Numbered from the whole stretch's first letter, positions 48,516-62,397 are shown. The stretch is 62,917 nucleotides of DNA, filler included, from Pelomyxa schiedti (GCA_020536535.1; 3 parts of 3 records of this genome joined end to end with filler, not necessarily neighbours in it), one strand, 5' to 3'. Numbers and translations: made by a program. The notes: a model not told the origin generated them from the letters alone.

Positions 48516-51500
48516 ATGGCCAGCACACCCCACAGGGCATCCCTTCCGATGCCAATAACGCCACCGTCGTCTGCATTCAGCAGCCCTTCTTCGTCGCCGT
48601 CGCCAACCCCGTTGGCAACGTCGCCGGTGTTCCAGAGGAAGAAAATAGTAATTGTGGGTGGTGGTTTTGCTGGTGTATCGGCTGCAAAGAGGCTGGAAAA
48701 ACGGAGTTCTGATCAAAGGCTCTTTCAAATCTTCTTGATCGACACAAAAGGTTTTTTCTTCCTCCTTGTGGTTGTTTGCATACCTTTCTCTTATAGACTT
48801 CTTTGAAAATACCAGTGCCGTATTTAAAACATTTGCTGATCCAGAAGGTTTGCGTTGAATAACCATTAAATCACATTTCTTCTCCGTTTCCTTACTACCA
48901 ACACCAGCTACTCCACCACAAGCACTTCAAGTCATTCACACAACCTATCTGAAGCACACTGAATTTGTTCTGGGAGAAGTACTATCTAAATACCTTGCCA
49001 ATTAAATACTTAAAAAACAAAGGTAACAAAAATCACACCCTCCCATGTGGTAGTCAGAGTGGAGGCCACAATGACCATAACTCTTCCATTTGATTATTTG
49101 ATTCTATGCACTGGATGTTCGTATGTTACTCATTTGGTGCTATTTTTTTTTCCCCCACATACATTTGCAGATACCCCCTGGCAAAAGAAAGGAACATGTC
49201 TCAACCATTCCGAGTTGATTGGTTATTGAAAGAGGCACAGTTAATATCAAGTTGCAGATCTCTTGCTATTATTGGAGGAGGTGCATCTATTATATTGACG
49301 TTGTGGGTTTATCTTTACCATAGGTCCTACTGGCATTGAACTGTGTGCAAATATTATAACAAAGTACCCTGGCAAAAAAGTGACAATGATTCACTCCCAA
49401 AAAACAATTCTTGAACGCTTTCCAGAACAGGTTGGTCTCATGTCCATGTTCAAGGAAATCCTTACAATGGAACTGTGAAAAAAAAAAAGGCCCAGGAGTT
49501 TGTCACAGATTTCTTGCAAAGGAATGGTGTAGAGATACTGCTAAGAAAATCTGCTGCTGATCTTCACATCAAGCCAAAGACTGGGACACCTGAGTCTCAA
49601 GGAAATAGCGATCTATTTGATAATGCTGGAAACACTTTTCTTGTTAAATTGAACACCGGGGAAACGTTGGAGGTTGGTCTGCAAAGCATCTACGAGATTT
49701 TTTTTTGATCATTCCCAGTTTGACCTGGCATATGTTTGTGCAGGTCCCGTTCCTAATACAGATTATGCAAAGAAACACTTCGGTCACGTAATGGACCGAG
49801 GAAGACTGAAGGTTTTCCTCACATACTAAACGCCCACGTTCAACGGCTCCTAAGGTCAACCCCTACATGCAATTGGAAGGCTATGAAAATATTTTTGTAG
49901 CTGGAGATATTGCTAATATACGAGAAGAAAAACTTGCTGAGAGGGCACTTGCACATTCAAGAGTAACTAGCTCTCATATTCGCTATAATTTTATGTGACT
50001 TAAATGGACTAGATAGCCTGCAAAAATATCTTATCCATGGTAAAAGGAAAAGCTCCAAGAGCTCAATACAAAATTCCAAAGAAGTACTTCTTCTCCTTTG
50101 TCACATCATCAATCACCTGCAAATAGGGATCCCCTGTATATTCTAAGTCTTGGAGCTACTTGCGCTATAGGAATAGAAGCAGGGACTGTGGTTGGAACAG
50201 GGGTATTCTATGCATATTGCTAAGAGATACTCAATGGACTAAAAAACAAAAAGGAAAAAATGGCAGTAATGAAAAGAAGCATGGATACAGTTGCACATAG
50301 GTTCCTTCCTCGAGCTGGAACAGGAATTACAAGACCACGGCCCCGTTCCTTATCCTATACTGATAACCCAAATAAAGTTTTTATGTGTTGGTGATTCCAT
50401 GAGGCCTCATTTATTACAGGTTTCTGTAATAAATGTCACGAAAAAAGGAATTTCTCTGAAGGTGACAAAAAGCCTAAACCGGTTCTGTTTTACGCGTGTT
50501 TGTGTTGCGCCAGACAATTTTGGTTGTAGCTCTCTCCCATTCTGTTTCTTACCACCATAGAATCTGTGGAGCATGCTCTATCTCAGCGGTCCACAAATTT
50601 CGTGGAAATTTTTTCTTTCAATAGTTTACTATTTGAAGATTATATGCGTCTCCTACGTGACGTATCACTTGCATATTATGATAATGCAGATTCCAGTATG
50701 ACATTTCCGCTTTGCAGCTCTAGATTCAGTCATTCTAGGTCAACCTTTGGAGCGACTGTCCATTTTTATAAAAGCTGCTCTCCAATGCAATATACAACAT
50801 GTTGTTTTCTCTTACAAGGTTGGTTCTTTGTTCGTATAACTATGCCCGGCTTATTATAAAAAGTCTTGCACGCGTGACCATGCTGGGTGTAATTTTTATG
50901 CGGAGTTTGATGAGGTGAAAAAGCTCAACACTACAGGATTCTGATTGCATTAGGCCATAAGGAACTCCACCTTGAACTATACAATTGTTCGCTATGACGG
51001 TGATTTTGACAATATATTTATGAAACTTTCAAAGCCGCGGATTGTACTTCAGAGGTGATTTGAGTTTCATCTCTGGCCTATTATTTATTTCTTGTTTAAG
51101 GACTCTGATGTTGCCCCTCGAACTTAATGAGCGCATCTTTTTGGTTGACAGAGGTGACATTGCCAAGGCAATAGCGGTTATTTTCAAGAATCCGTCAGAT
51201 CATATTTCCAAGGTTTTTTTTTTTCCCCAATTTTTTCCGCGTTAATTTCCTAAAGGAGTACGATCTCTCTGGCACACAAGCTCTTTCTGGAGAGGAAATG
51301 GCTGCTGCTATATCGATGGCGGTGCTTGATGAAGTATTTATTTTGCGAAAGGTCGTGAACATGGCACTTAAGAAAGTTAGGTGAGGTTTATTCCAATTTC
51401 TGAAGAAATCGCTACAGCCAGACTCCAAACCAATGCTCGAGACTTACCAGAGGTTTCACATCCCTAATACCTTTCAGCCAAGTTAATTAACTCAGGCTAT

Positions 51501-53352
51501 GTACCCCTGCACTTTGTGTATTAGTAGGAAAGAGCAGAGTGTCCTTCGCACTGCGCGGTCCAAGGTTTACTACCTTACTTGCGTAAGGATACTCAACCTA
51601 TTTCAGCGTGAACTACTTGACAGTGTCGCCAATCAAACTGATTCACTGCTCACTATGCTTATTGGTAAACCACGTGCCTTCACTGAATGGGCGGCACATA
51701 GATTTGCAGTCAGTGCTGCCGGTTTCGAATCCCAAACACTTGCTTCACTTGAAACGAAGGGGGGTGTCTCTCAGATCATTAGTGACGTGGCTGTTGGTGG
51801 CCGAGACCTACATTTTGAAGTCGACCCAATGGACCTTCAATTGGGAGCATTAATTGGCAGTGGGGCAGCAGGTAAAGTTTACAAGGCGTCATACTTTGGC
51901 ATGCCTGTGGCTGTAAAAAAATTGCATGATGACCTTAGTAGTGTAGCTCTTGAAGAATTCAAACGAGAGATTGGGATGGTTTGGTAGGTTTTTGGAAAGG
52001 TTGTTTATCTAACCTATGGCAAGTTTACTACGACATCCAAATTTGGTGGAGTGCATTGGAGCAGCTACCAAGTGCACAGAAAAGCTATATATTGTTTGTG
52101 AACTTGTCACAAGAGGAAGGTACCACTCCTGCCCGTAAAGTGGCCTGCTAAGTCAAAAATAAAAAAAGTCTAGATAGCCTCTTAGCAACAAGCACGGAAC
52201 CTCTTCCTTTTTCGTTGCAATTACGATTTGCTTTGAATGTTGCCAGAGGAGTATATTATTTGCACAGGTTTTTAAAATAAACAGTACACTAGAGTAATAT
52301 TTGTTTCTCAATTGGTACAGTGCCAATGTATGCCACCGGGATTTGAAAGGTAGCAACATTTTGGTATAAATGAATTGTGTAATTTTGGAATATAACATCT
52401 TTTATCAGGTGACAGAGGCAATGCAACTCAAAATTACCGGTATATGCGTTTACTCTGTAACAGAAAGAAATATAATAATCCCAATAGATTTTGGAACGGC
52501 AAGAACCGTCCCAAAGGATGGTTTTGCTGAAAATATAGGCACCCCCCAGGTCTTTCAAAATTTTTAAAATTCTTTTCTTACCGAGACAGTTTACGGCTCC
52601 TGAGGTCTTTTTGAAACAACCTTTTGGGCTCCCAGCTGACTGTTACAGCCTGGGAATGGGTATGTAGACACAGGCTTACAAAGAACTCAAATTCATTCCA
52701 CAAAGTACTATGGCAGATTGTCACCCGCAAGGAGCCTTTCTACGATGTTAACCGCTTTGATGTTGCGGGTATCTTCTTGTCAATTCCACCTAATTCAACT
52801 CTGTATGCCATTCGTTACATTATAATTAGACGCCGTCGTTTCTGGGAAGAGACCAGATTTGCCAGCTGACAGTCCATTTTCCACAGTATATTTGCGTTAC
52901 TTGATATGTGTTTAAAACAAGTTCGCAGATTATTGCGGGATGTTGGAATGCCGCACCAAAGAAGAGGTTGTTCACAGAGTACAACAAACAATTTTAACTT
53001 GAGATACCAAGACCAACTATAACGGAAATGCTGGCAGACCTTGGCAAACTTGCTCTACCACAACCAATTCCCAAGTCTTCAAGTCGCCGCATAAGCACCT
53101 TAAGGCAGGTCAGAAAATCTTTCTTATCCTAACCCGTATGACAACCTTCCATTTTTTCAGCTGATAAGGGATTTGAACCCATTTGCCCTTGAGTCACAGA
53201 CACTGACCCTTACTCCAGAGATTGTGTGTCCACCACTTTTGTAGAGTCGTTGTGATTCACTCACACCACTTGCCTGTAGTTGCAAAGAATTGCTACCACC
53301 CTTCGTGACCCAGTATCAGGTGTTTCGATGCAAGATCACGTACAAGAAATGA
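48516..53352 (+). CDS. Fusion protein: AIF/FSP1-like FAD:NAD(P)H oxidoreductase, NmrA-like domain and TKL protein kinase; 3' end approximate
   Basis: Oxidoreductase: 'IVIVGGGFAG', 'FDYLILCTG', 'IIGGG|PTGIE', 'ENIFVAGD'. NmrA-like: 'VDRGDIAKAIAVIFKNP..YDLSGTQALSGEEMA'. Kinase: 'IGSGAAGKVYK..VAVKKL', 'HRDLKGSN', 'DFGTAR', 'GTPQ|FTAPE'. Confidence 0.78.
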
Positions 53353-53776
53353 AAACATACCCGCGCTCATTCACCGGTAACAACCTGCCGCCCTCGTTGT
53401 TCTATTGATTCTCTTACCACATCCAAAAAAAAAAAAAAAGGTTCCGACCTTGTGGACTGGGTTCTCAAACACAATGAAAACTTCACACGCCCTGAAGGTG
53501 TATCTGCTGCCAGTTGGCTTCTTCTCAACGGAAACATCGTCCACGCCGTCCCAATCACCGATGCCGCAATAGAGCCCTTCCATGACGACTCTGAGACTCT
53601 GTACATGTTCCCATAGAGTAACCACTCCGATTTTACGATAATAACCACCCTCAAAACTCTGTGAACCCTCATTTGGCGAAATAAAAAAAACACTAGACCG
53701 CCGGTTCTGTTGATTATTCTATTCAACAGCCAAATTTCCTTCACGACGGGTTTCTTTCTGATCGACAGAGCCGCAT

Positions 53777-54770
53777 ATGAAAGCAGCTCGAAGCAAACCC
53801 CCAGCACAGAGGCTTGGTCTTCCCACTCCGAACCCGACCCAGCAATTAGTCGAGGCCCTGGCCTCCCGTGACTGGGCGGCAGCCGAGGCCGCGGCCTCGT
53901 CCCCCGAGGCGGACCCCAACGCGGCGTCGCTGCACTGCCGCGGCGCCTCCCTCGTGCACAGCCTCGTATCCGAGCTGTGTGGGTGCGACGGGGGCTCCTC
54001 GTCTTCATTGGCCCACAGCGACATGCAGTCGGGCCTCAGGCTCCTGCGGCTGCTCGTTTGGCATCCCAAGTTCGACCCGTGGGCCTGCAGGGACTCCCTC
54101 CTGGCTCCCGCCAGGCCACCTGCTTTCATGGAGGTAGACACGTCCGGGGAAATAATTCCGGCGGCGGGAGGGGGAGGGGGCAGGAGGGCCTGGGACGTGC
54201 TTGTGCCCTGGGCCATTTCGACGGGCGAAACTGCGGTGCTTGTGCACGTGGTGGCACTGTTGGGGCCCAGGATGATGGAATATGTCAGTCACGCTCAAAC
54301 AGTGTGTGATTCGAGGTACCTAAACTGCTACCTGACAAAGACTGTGTACTTCTACTCCCTACTAATACTGTAATACCATCAGGGGGGATGAGTGGCTCCG
54401 AACCCATATTCGCAGACTCACTTATCTTTCTTTCTTTTTTTTTTTTTTTTGATCACAGGGCGTTCCTCTGTGGCAACACTTAGAGCGATTTGGTAATGAA
54501 ATACTTGATTGTGGAGTTTGCTCCAGTTATGCTATTGACTTTATGTGCACCAAGTCGTCTACAGGGATGCCAGTCCACTTTATGCCGCTGAAAAGGCGCC
54601 GGCGGTCATTCCTCCGGGCATGGAATATAATGCTGCTTTTATCTTGCACCCACTACCATCCCAGGCTCACACTTCCACATAACTCTATTAGATATGCAAT
54701 GGAACCTGCTGTGGTATCTTTTATAGGAAAATGCATACTGAGACACCGCCTTGGAACCCTGATTTCATAA
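53777..54770 (+). CDS. Hypothetical protein (ankyrin-like N-terminal motif), multi-exon
   Basis: GC-rich first exon ORF ('ADPNA...SLVHSLV') followed by plausible GT-AG introns. Confidence 0.45.
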
Positions 54771-54926
54771 CCAAAGATGATGTCAGTAATGCGTGTCGCA
54801 CTCGCTCTGATTTTCCAATACCCTTCTAGGAGGATTGTTGTATTCACAATACACGAAAAAAACTATTTTTATATTTTATTCTTGGCAACCTCGTTGGTTG
54901 GGTTGATCAAAACAAAATAAAATCCG

Positions 54927-55307
54927 ATGGCTGCCGCGTTCTCTGAAGACGTACTCCGTAACGCACACAAACATGCTGAGCACAACCAAACAGAAGTAAT
55001 GGCCAGCGAAATATGCGGGTACCATAATTACCTTTATACAAAAAGGGATTTTTTTTTTGTTGTCGTTGTGGCACAGTAACGTTTGGTACTTGAACCGACA
55101 TTCTCCCTTTTTTTTGAAAAAAATAGCTGCTTCCAGTGCCTGAGGACGTACGCCCCATCGACAATTACCAAGTGGATCACATACGAAGAAGACATTTCCA
55201 CAGCAGTATGCCCAGGATGTGACGTTGACTGCGTAGTTGGATCAGCCGGTGGATTCCCTGTTGGAGATGAGTTCCTAAGGGCAATGCACGCCTACTGGAT
55301 GGAGTGA
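54927..55307 (+). CDS. Small Cys-rich (CGCFxC...CPxC) putative zinc-binding protein of bacterial type, one intron
   Basis: Spliced: MAAAFSEDVLRNAHKHAEHNQTEVMASEICG|CFQCLRTY...TAVCPGCDVDCVVG...FLRAMHAYWME. Confidence 0.75.
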
Positions 55308-55385
55308 TCTATTCTCAAGCAACCTCAGACATCAGTTGACTAGCGGAAAAAAAAAAACAATCACTTTTTCCTTTCCATAACGGCA

Positions 55386-57612
55386 ATGCCGAAAAGGGCG
55401 CGTCGTTCCACGAGCCACAGGTCGGCCGACCATGTGTTGAGAGTTTCCAGGCTTGTGTGGGACTCTGTGGTGATGCCCGGGTGGCTTGACCAACACCGCC
55501 GCAAGCCGGCCACCCGCGACCAGTTCTTCAGCCAGGTCGACCTCTTCAGCGTGGCGGAGGCCATGTTCCCCCTCGTTGGGCTGGTGTGCTCCCGCGTGGC
55601 CGCCGTGTCGCCGCACCTGGGCTCCTACCACACGATCGCCAGCGCCGCATCGGCCCAGAGCCCCTCGTGCGTGGCCTGGATCATCAACCGCAGGAACAGC
55701 GGGGGCGCGGGCGGGAGCGGGGACATCGGCAGGGTTGTCAAGGAGGTAGCCGCCGTGATGCTTGGGCTGTGCGGTGCCGGCCACGTTGGGCTTGCGGCCA
55801 AGATGTTTGGCGACGGGTGCGCGATTATGGGTTCCCTCCCATTACTGTGGGACGGGCGGGTCGTTGCAGCCTGGGCAAATAACTGCGGCAGCACCGGCAC
55901 CGGCACAAGCACGAGCCCCAGCACGAGTAGCAAGGGTACGGGCAATGGTAAGAGCAAGGGCACGAATAAGAGGAACGGAGGAAGCGGCACTGCATTGCGG
56001 GATAAAGTGAAGGAGCACATGAGGAGCTCCATTATCACTCTGGAGCCTTTTAACTCGAATCCGTTGGATTCCATCAAGTGGCTGGTGCACGCGATTGGGG
56101 TCACAAAGGAAGAAGCACCTTGGATGCTGTATACTTTAACGTGGAATTCTATATATGGGGGCGCGGTGGAAGTTTTCCGTTGGCTGTTAGAGGATTTTGA
56201 TTTGACGAGGCTGCCGCATTCTGTGCTTGAGAATCTCGTGGGCTGGTGTGCCAGTGGCAAATCTCCGTCCCATGTCAAGTGGTGCGCGGCTGCTCTCGAG
56301 GTTTCTCTCCACTCCAGAGACCTCGTGTCCGATTTGTTGACCAATAAGAACAGCACCGTGGAGGACTGCCATCTGCTGACCGGGATAATTCGCAAAACGG
56401 GATTGGACGACTTTTGCCTGACGGAAATAAGGCGACCCGAGGTTGCGAAGTGGGCGTTGACAACAATGACCACCACTCCAAGTGATAACGCCTTGAATGG
56501 TTCCTGCCACAGCCTTGGAGATGTGCAATTTGTTGAGTGGTTGGTCGCAGAGAAGCACTTTGTACCCACTGTAGAAACCTTTACCTCTGCCTGCTCAGCA
56601 ATAAAAGGTGGTTCCTCCCTTGCAAAGTGGCTCTCAACCAGGCTTACACTAACACAATCGGATATCCTGGAATCCTTGGTGCAAGCACTCCGTTGGAGTA
56701 ACACTGAGGTGGCAGATTGGTTGGAAGAGTACTATCACATTATGAATTTTGTTAATGCCAGCCCAGAAGTTTCCGGCAACACATTACTTTCAACATGCAT
56801 GGAATACAACGACTTCAAAGACAAAACGGCGGGGCTGAAGTGGTTCATTCAGCACCTACGGCGTCCTTTCCAGGTGCCTGAGAGCCACATACACGATTCC
56901 ATTTCCGAAGCTCTCAAAGCATTTCGTAGTAATGACGCCGTTTTGCTGTTTGAGACCTTCACTGAATTTGAAGTACAGAGGGACCCGCTTCTTTTTGAGG
57001 AACTTATGATTACATTCATGAAGCTAGACCTGGAGACTTTAAAACGCCTGATTACAATAGGTGAAACAAGGGTACCCCCGCTGCCTCTTACCACAGAGTT
57101 TGCGGCAAAGTGTCTGGCTTCCACTCAGTACCGGCCCTTCTCAAGCAAGGTCGTGAAGTGGGTTATTCACAAGTTCAATATCCAACACACTCACATCAAA
57201 GCCAACTATAACAACCTCCTGTTCAAGCTGTTGCGTGCCAAGAAGACCAGGTGCGTGCATTGGCTTATTAACACATTCTCTATCCCTCTGTGTGATGTAA
57301 GTCCTCTCCCATTCCACACAAAATAACCATCAAAAAAACAAGATCACTGAAATGTTTGACAAGCTGTGCCCTCCCGCTCAAAACTGGAATGTTGACCTTG
57401 CTACGTGGCAAACTGTCCTCCAGCATTTTCCGTCCATTGACGCGGATCTGATACGACGCCACTTCATTCCCCTCCTGGCTCAGTCTCCTCACGTTGCAAT
57501 CTACACGATTCAACGATACGGCATCACTGTTGACGAGGTGCGGAACTACTGCCAGAGACGAAAGAGAGTCGATATCCCACGTGAAACCAGATTGTGGCTT
57601 GGTTTGGATTAG
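55386..57612 (+). CDS. Hypothetical helical-repeat (ankyrin-like) protein, probably a lineage-expanded family; 2 exons
   Basis: 646-aa ORF with recurring 'VFRWLLE', 'FVEWLV', 'LAKWLS', 'VADWLE' motifs. Intron gtaagt...ag at about 57296-57342. Confidence 0.7.
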
Positions 57613-58081
57613 ATAAACAAAAAAATTTTAACCTCATGCCTGTTGCTACCGTCAAAAAAAAAAAGGGTTTCCGCCTGAGAAGTTTTCTCTGCTGAACCGG
57701 TGACATGCGCATTTCTGAGGCGGAGCAGACATAATTGAATACTCCCCATAATTGTGATTGCCACAGATCAAGTGTCTCTAGTATCTGCTGGTGACAACAC
57801 CCCATAACTGCACGCCCCCCACCTCTGTGGCGATGTTTCGACCAGGACAAGTACTTGCAAGGGCCCGCGCGCCGTGGGCGCCAGTTGGTCGTGCCCCTCG
57901 CCCCGCCAAGTGTCCTGCTCCAGTCCATGTGTGGGTTCTGTACCTCCCCTCCTTACACAGCAACGTCCAGCAGCTCCCCCGCCACAACAAACTGCACAGC
58001 AAGCGCCAACTCCCACTCCACCACAACCACCTTCACAGCAGCAACGATTTCAGCCTACACAAGACCAGTTGTCGGAACAAG

Positions 58082-58204
<123 letters not shown>

Positions 58205-58304
58205 NNNNNNNNNNNNNNNNNNNNNNNNNNNNNNNNNNNNNNNNNNNNTTAATTAATTAANNNNNNNNNNNNNNNNNNNNNNNNNNNNNNNNNNNNNNNN
58301 NNNN

Positions 58305-59933
58305 GGTGCCTTGAGGAACTTACGGTATGTTGTACACCCAACAAGTCCCACAACACCACAGGCAGCAACACCACCCACAACCCCAATAATGGTGGCCATG
58401 GAGTCCTCACCTTGGGGATCCGTGTCATCCTCTTGGATCCAAACCGCGATGGCAGCATTGCCTTCGGCATTCAAGGGCTGGGGGTTGCGAAGAGTGTGTC
58501 CTCGTGTGCTGGATACAGTTGTCTTCTTGCCAACGCCCCAGTTTAGTTCACAGGTCCCTGTGATTTGTACAACTTGTCTGTCTTCCTCTGGGAAGACACT
58601 TGGGTGCAGGTATGTACTTTTTTTTTGTTAGAAAATAATAAAAAAAGAAATAAGGAAGCGCGTACCTGAATTTGTTTTGCAAGGGAGTATGGACTAGAGT
58701 TGTTATCTCAAACAATTCCTTGTTCTCTTCAACGTTGTAGTGGCCAAGCGGGTTTCCGTACCAGTCATACACATCAATGTATGTAGAACAGTTGCAATTA
58801 AAGCTGGGGGTACCTCTGACTGTGGTGATCACTTCGTCAATGATCACAGCTGAACTCAAGCAGTCAGAAAAATGGGAACTAAACAAAACAACGCACTTGA
58901 GGAGTGAAAGAATGTCTCAAACTTGTCATCTTTGTCATAAGTGCGGATGGTGAGGAAGGCATCTACATCTTGAGTTTGCTGGTAACAGTCTGGTATGTCA
59001 ATATTGGCAGTTACTGTGAAGAAGGGATTGTTTTCCAGGAGTTTTCCATCACAGGCGGGGTCCTCATCAAGGCAGGAAACATTCAATTGGAAGATGAACA
59101 TTCCATCCACTTTGCAGTCAGCTTCTGGGGGATAGATTGTGACGAGACCGTTGATCCATGGCCAGGAGTCCTTGTCCAATTGGAGTACAACCGCCGGGGT
59201 GTTTGCCGGAGTCTCTAGTGCCATAGGGTTGATGCTGGTAATGTAGTATTGTTCCTTTACTTGTACAAAAATATTGAGGTAATCAGTGGTGCCAAAGATT
59301 CCCACTGTACCATTTGCCGTTGCACCATACTCAGTGGGTGCCCCAACTGTGAATGAAACCGAAGCAGGTACACTAGAGGGAAGCAGTATCTCCTTTTGTA
59401 CGAAAAGTGAGATTGTGTTTATTTTGAGGAAAAGAGGTAGAAAAATGGGTATCAAGGGCTCACACATTTTCGGATTCACACCCGACCTGTACAGATTGAG
59501 CAGAGCCGTCAAGTGAGTATCCCGTGAACAGGGGAATAGTCCACTCCTCGAAGGCAGTGATAATTTCATACCCAGAATCCGTCTCGACCACCTCCGCAGC
59601 ACAGTTTGCAATGTAGTCGTCAACGAGGAAGTCCCTGGTGATTGTCTGCACACAGCCATTCGTTCCAGACGAGGCCACAGCCCAGCCGTTGTGGTAGTCA
59701 GTCGAGTTGTACCTGCACGCTGTGTTGTTGTGCCCCTCGGGGAAATCCAAAGAGCCCAGGCCGTAGTCGACAGCAGTGGCCGTGATCACGTTGCCGTGTA
59801 TGTACAGGGTAATTTGGCCAGCGTCGCCGACGACTGCCCAGGAGGAGTACCCCTCATAGGTGCAGTCGGTCACATCAGAGGCAATGGCACACAAGACACT
59901 CCCCAGGGCAATAGCCAAACACCAAGCATTCAT
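58305..59933 (-). CDS. Type I membrane/surface protein (signal peptide, Cys-containing beta-rich ectodomain, C-terminal TM); truncated by a gap
   Basis: 'MNAWCLAIALGSVLCAIA' signal peptide. TM 'IIGVVGGVAACGVVGLVG' followed by basic 'YRKFLK'. Confidence 0.7.
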
Positions 59934-60139
59934 ATTTCTTTGTTTGCTGTTTGGTTAAAGATGTGGAGGCTACGTCTCTGGTATTTTTTGAGTTGGTGGC
60001 CAGCTCTTTGACAAAAATAAAAAAAAAANNNNNNNNNNNNNNNNNNNNNNNNNNNNNNNNNNNNNNNNNNNNNNNNNNNNNNNNNNNNNNNNNNNNNNNN
60101 NNNNNNNNNNNNNNNNNNNNNNNNNNNNGTTGACTTGCT

Positions 60140-62397
60140 TCAAATTGGTGCCATGAGAGCCGCTCTCTGTGGTGCTCCTAAAGTAATGGTACATGGGGTT
60201 TTGTTGGGTGTGAACATTAAGAGTTTGGAAGTGGTGGTGACTCGGGAATGGGAAGGAGCGATGTGGATGTGCATGCGGATGATGTGCATGTTAGTGTGGG
60301 TTGGTACCCAGATAGTGGTGGTGAGCAAGGTGGTGGTGGGATGTTGGTGGCGGTGCAAAACTGCTGTTGTTGGAGGGGGGTATATGTGTCGATGTAGTCA
60401 GGGAGCCGCGGTGGAGTTTGGGTCTGGGGGGAAGGCGCCGGTGGCGATGGTGGTGTAATAATCGCTGTGCCTGTGGTGCTGAGGGTTGTGGACAAGTCCA
60501 TGGGAATGCTGCTGGATAGAGCGGGTACCGGAGCGATGTAGCTATCAACTGCGAGTCTGATTTCCGTGCGAACGGCCGGTGAAATGTTCAGCTCCTGAGT
60601 GTATTGTTACAACTGGTATCTTTTTTGTTTTGGCAGGTACCATTTGCGATTCTTCATTGATGTATTTTTTACATAGTCTCTGTAACTCGTGCTCTATTTG
60701 GTACTATCGTAGAAAAGTTACACTATGTCAATTAATAAGGCTGATGAACCTTCTCCAACTCTGTAACTGACTGTTGAAGAGTAGAAACTTCACGAACAAA
60801 GCACAAATCTAGATTGCTGCAGTCAGAAAAGTGATACTAAGAGTTGCTTGAATACTTTCAGAGGCAAATTCGGCAGCTAGAAACTCCTTGAAAGAAATTA
60901 GCCATATTGGATTGTCTAGTATCACATGGAGGGTTGTAGATGCCGGAATGTCTAGGGGCGTTAGGGGAAAAACAAACAGAGCTTGAGCTTCACCGGAGAT
61001 TTTATTTGTACGCTGATGATTCAGCCATTTAGGAATTTGGTCAGTCTCCAAAAGGTATGTAACCTCGACTACCGCTTTTCTAAAAATAGTGTACACTATG
61101 TTTCCATTTATCACTAAGTCGCCTGTCTGTTCAGAAGGTTACAGGTTTTGGGTATTAAAGGGTGCGCATACTTCCTTGGTGTTAATTGTGCTTTCTATAG
61201 TCTTGGCGTCCTGGAGTTCAGGGTTCTGGGCAGTACATGTAATCCCAGTGTGAGGAGTTGGAAGTGTGGTAATTGACTCATAAGGTTCCTGGGGTTCTAG
61301 ATGACCTTTAATTTCTTGTTGGTGAGCCTCCAGAGTCGGACTTGATTGTGGGAGAGTTTGGGGACTTCCGCGTGAAGTAAAAAAGCCGGTCCTTCTGTGG
61401 CGGAATTGGATGTTCTCACCTAATAGAAGCTATAATTAGGGAATCCTTCCAAGGTTTAAAGGTACCCACAGGATACAGATTTCATCCCGACGGAAACATG
61501 TGCCTCCGTGAAATTAAGGGATCTGGAGAGGCTGGGTTCTGGTGACTTCGCCCGTTTTGGTGGTGTTGACGGTCGGGACATTTGGGGTGGTTGTCCAAGG
61601 GAATCACCGCCTGCAGTATCTTGCAGTTTTGTGCAACTATAGAGGTTTGGAGTGCTAGAACTGGAGTAACTATGCCTGAGATGAGCCATCAAAGAAAACA
61701 TACTTTTTGTCTTGTGTATCTTATTTCCTTTATAGTCCTTATCCGACACACCATCACTGGTGCTGGAAGTAGTATTTGAAAGTGCCGTGGCACGTGGGCT
61801 ATCGCTGCTATCATCTGATGACGATGCGCCGTCATCCACAGAATCAACCAGTGATGAAGCTGCATCAGAGCCAGTCTCACCAGAGCTTACAGAAATCAGC
61901 GGAGTCGACGTTGGTAACTTATTGTGATGTTTCTTCCACGGGAAACTGAAGCGTTTATCCACGTTTCCAGGCGAACCCGGAGCTTCACATTCTCTGGAAG
62001 CAGAAGAAGCCGCTGATACTGAAGCCGAAGCCGCAGCCTTCTGTGACAGAAACCCCAACCCAGTTTTTCTGAGCAATGTGGAGGTGGTGGTGGTGGACTG
62101 AGGCTGACCGGGCTTTGGTGTCATATGTACACTGGTGCTCACGCTGCGAGACCGCACGGCCCTCGTTCTCTCACCCCCACCACCATCGTTGATGTTGTCG
62201 GTGGTGCTGCTGCTGCCCCCGGCCGACCAACCCCCCCGCGACGGCGATGGTTGTGGTGGGCGCGGTGCCTGTGTTGTTGTTGTTGATGATGATGATGATG
62301 TGGTAGCCGGGGACAGGAAGAGAGGCAACGGCGGCAGGGAGCCCTTGTGGTGTGGGACACGCCCAACGTCTCTTGGTCGTGGCGGTAGCAACGACAT
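60140..62397 (-). CDS. RGS-domain protein with long Ser/Pro-rich regions; ends uncertain
   Basis: 'TLHVILDNPIWLISFKEFLAAEFASESIQ' and 'LCKKYINEES' match RGS helices. Confidence 0.65.
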
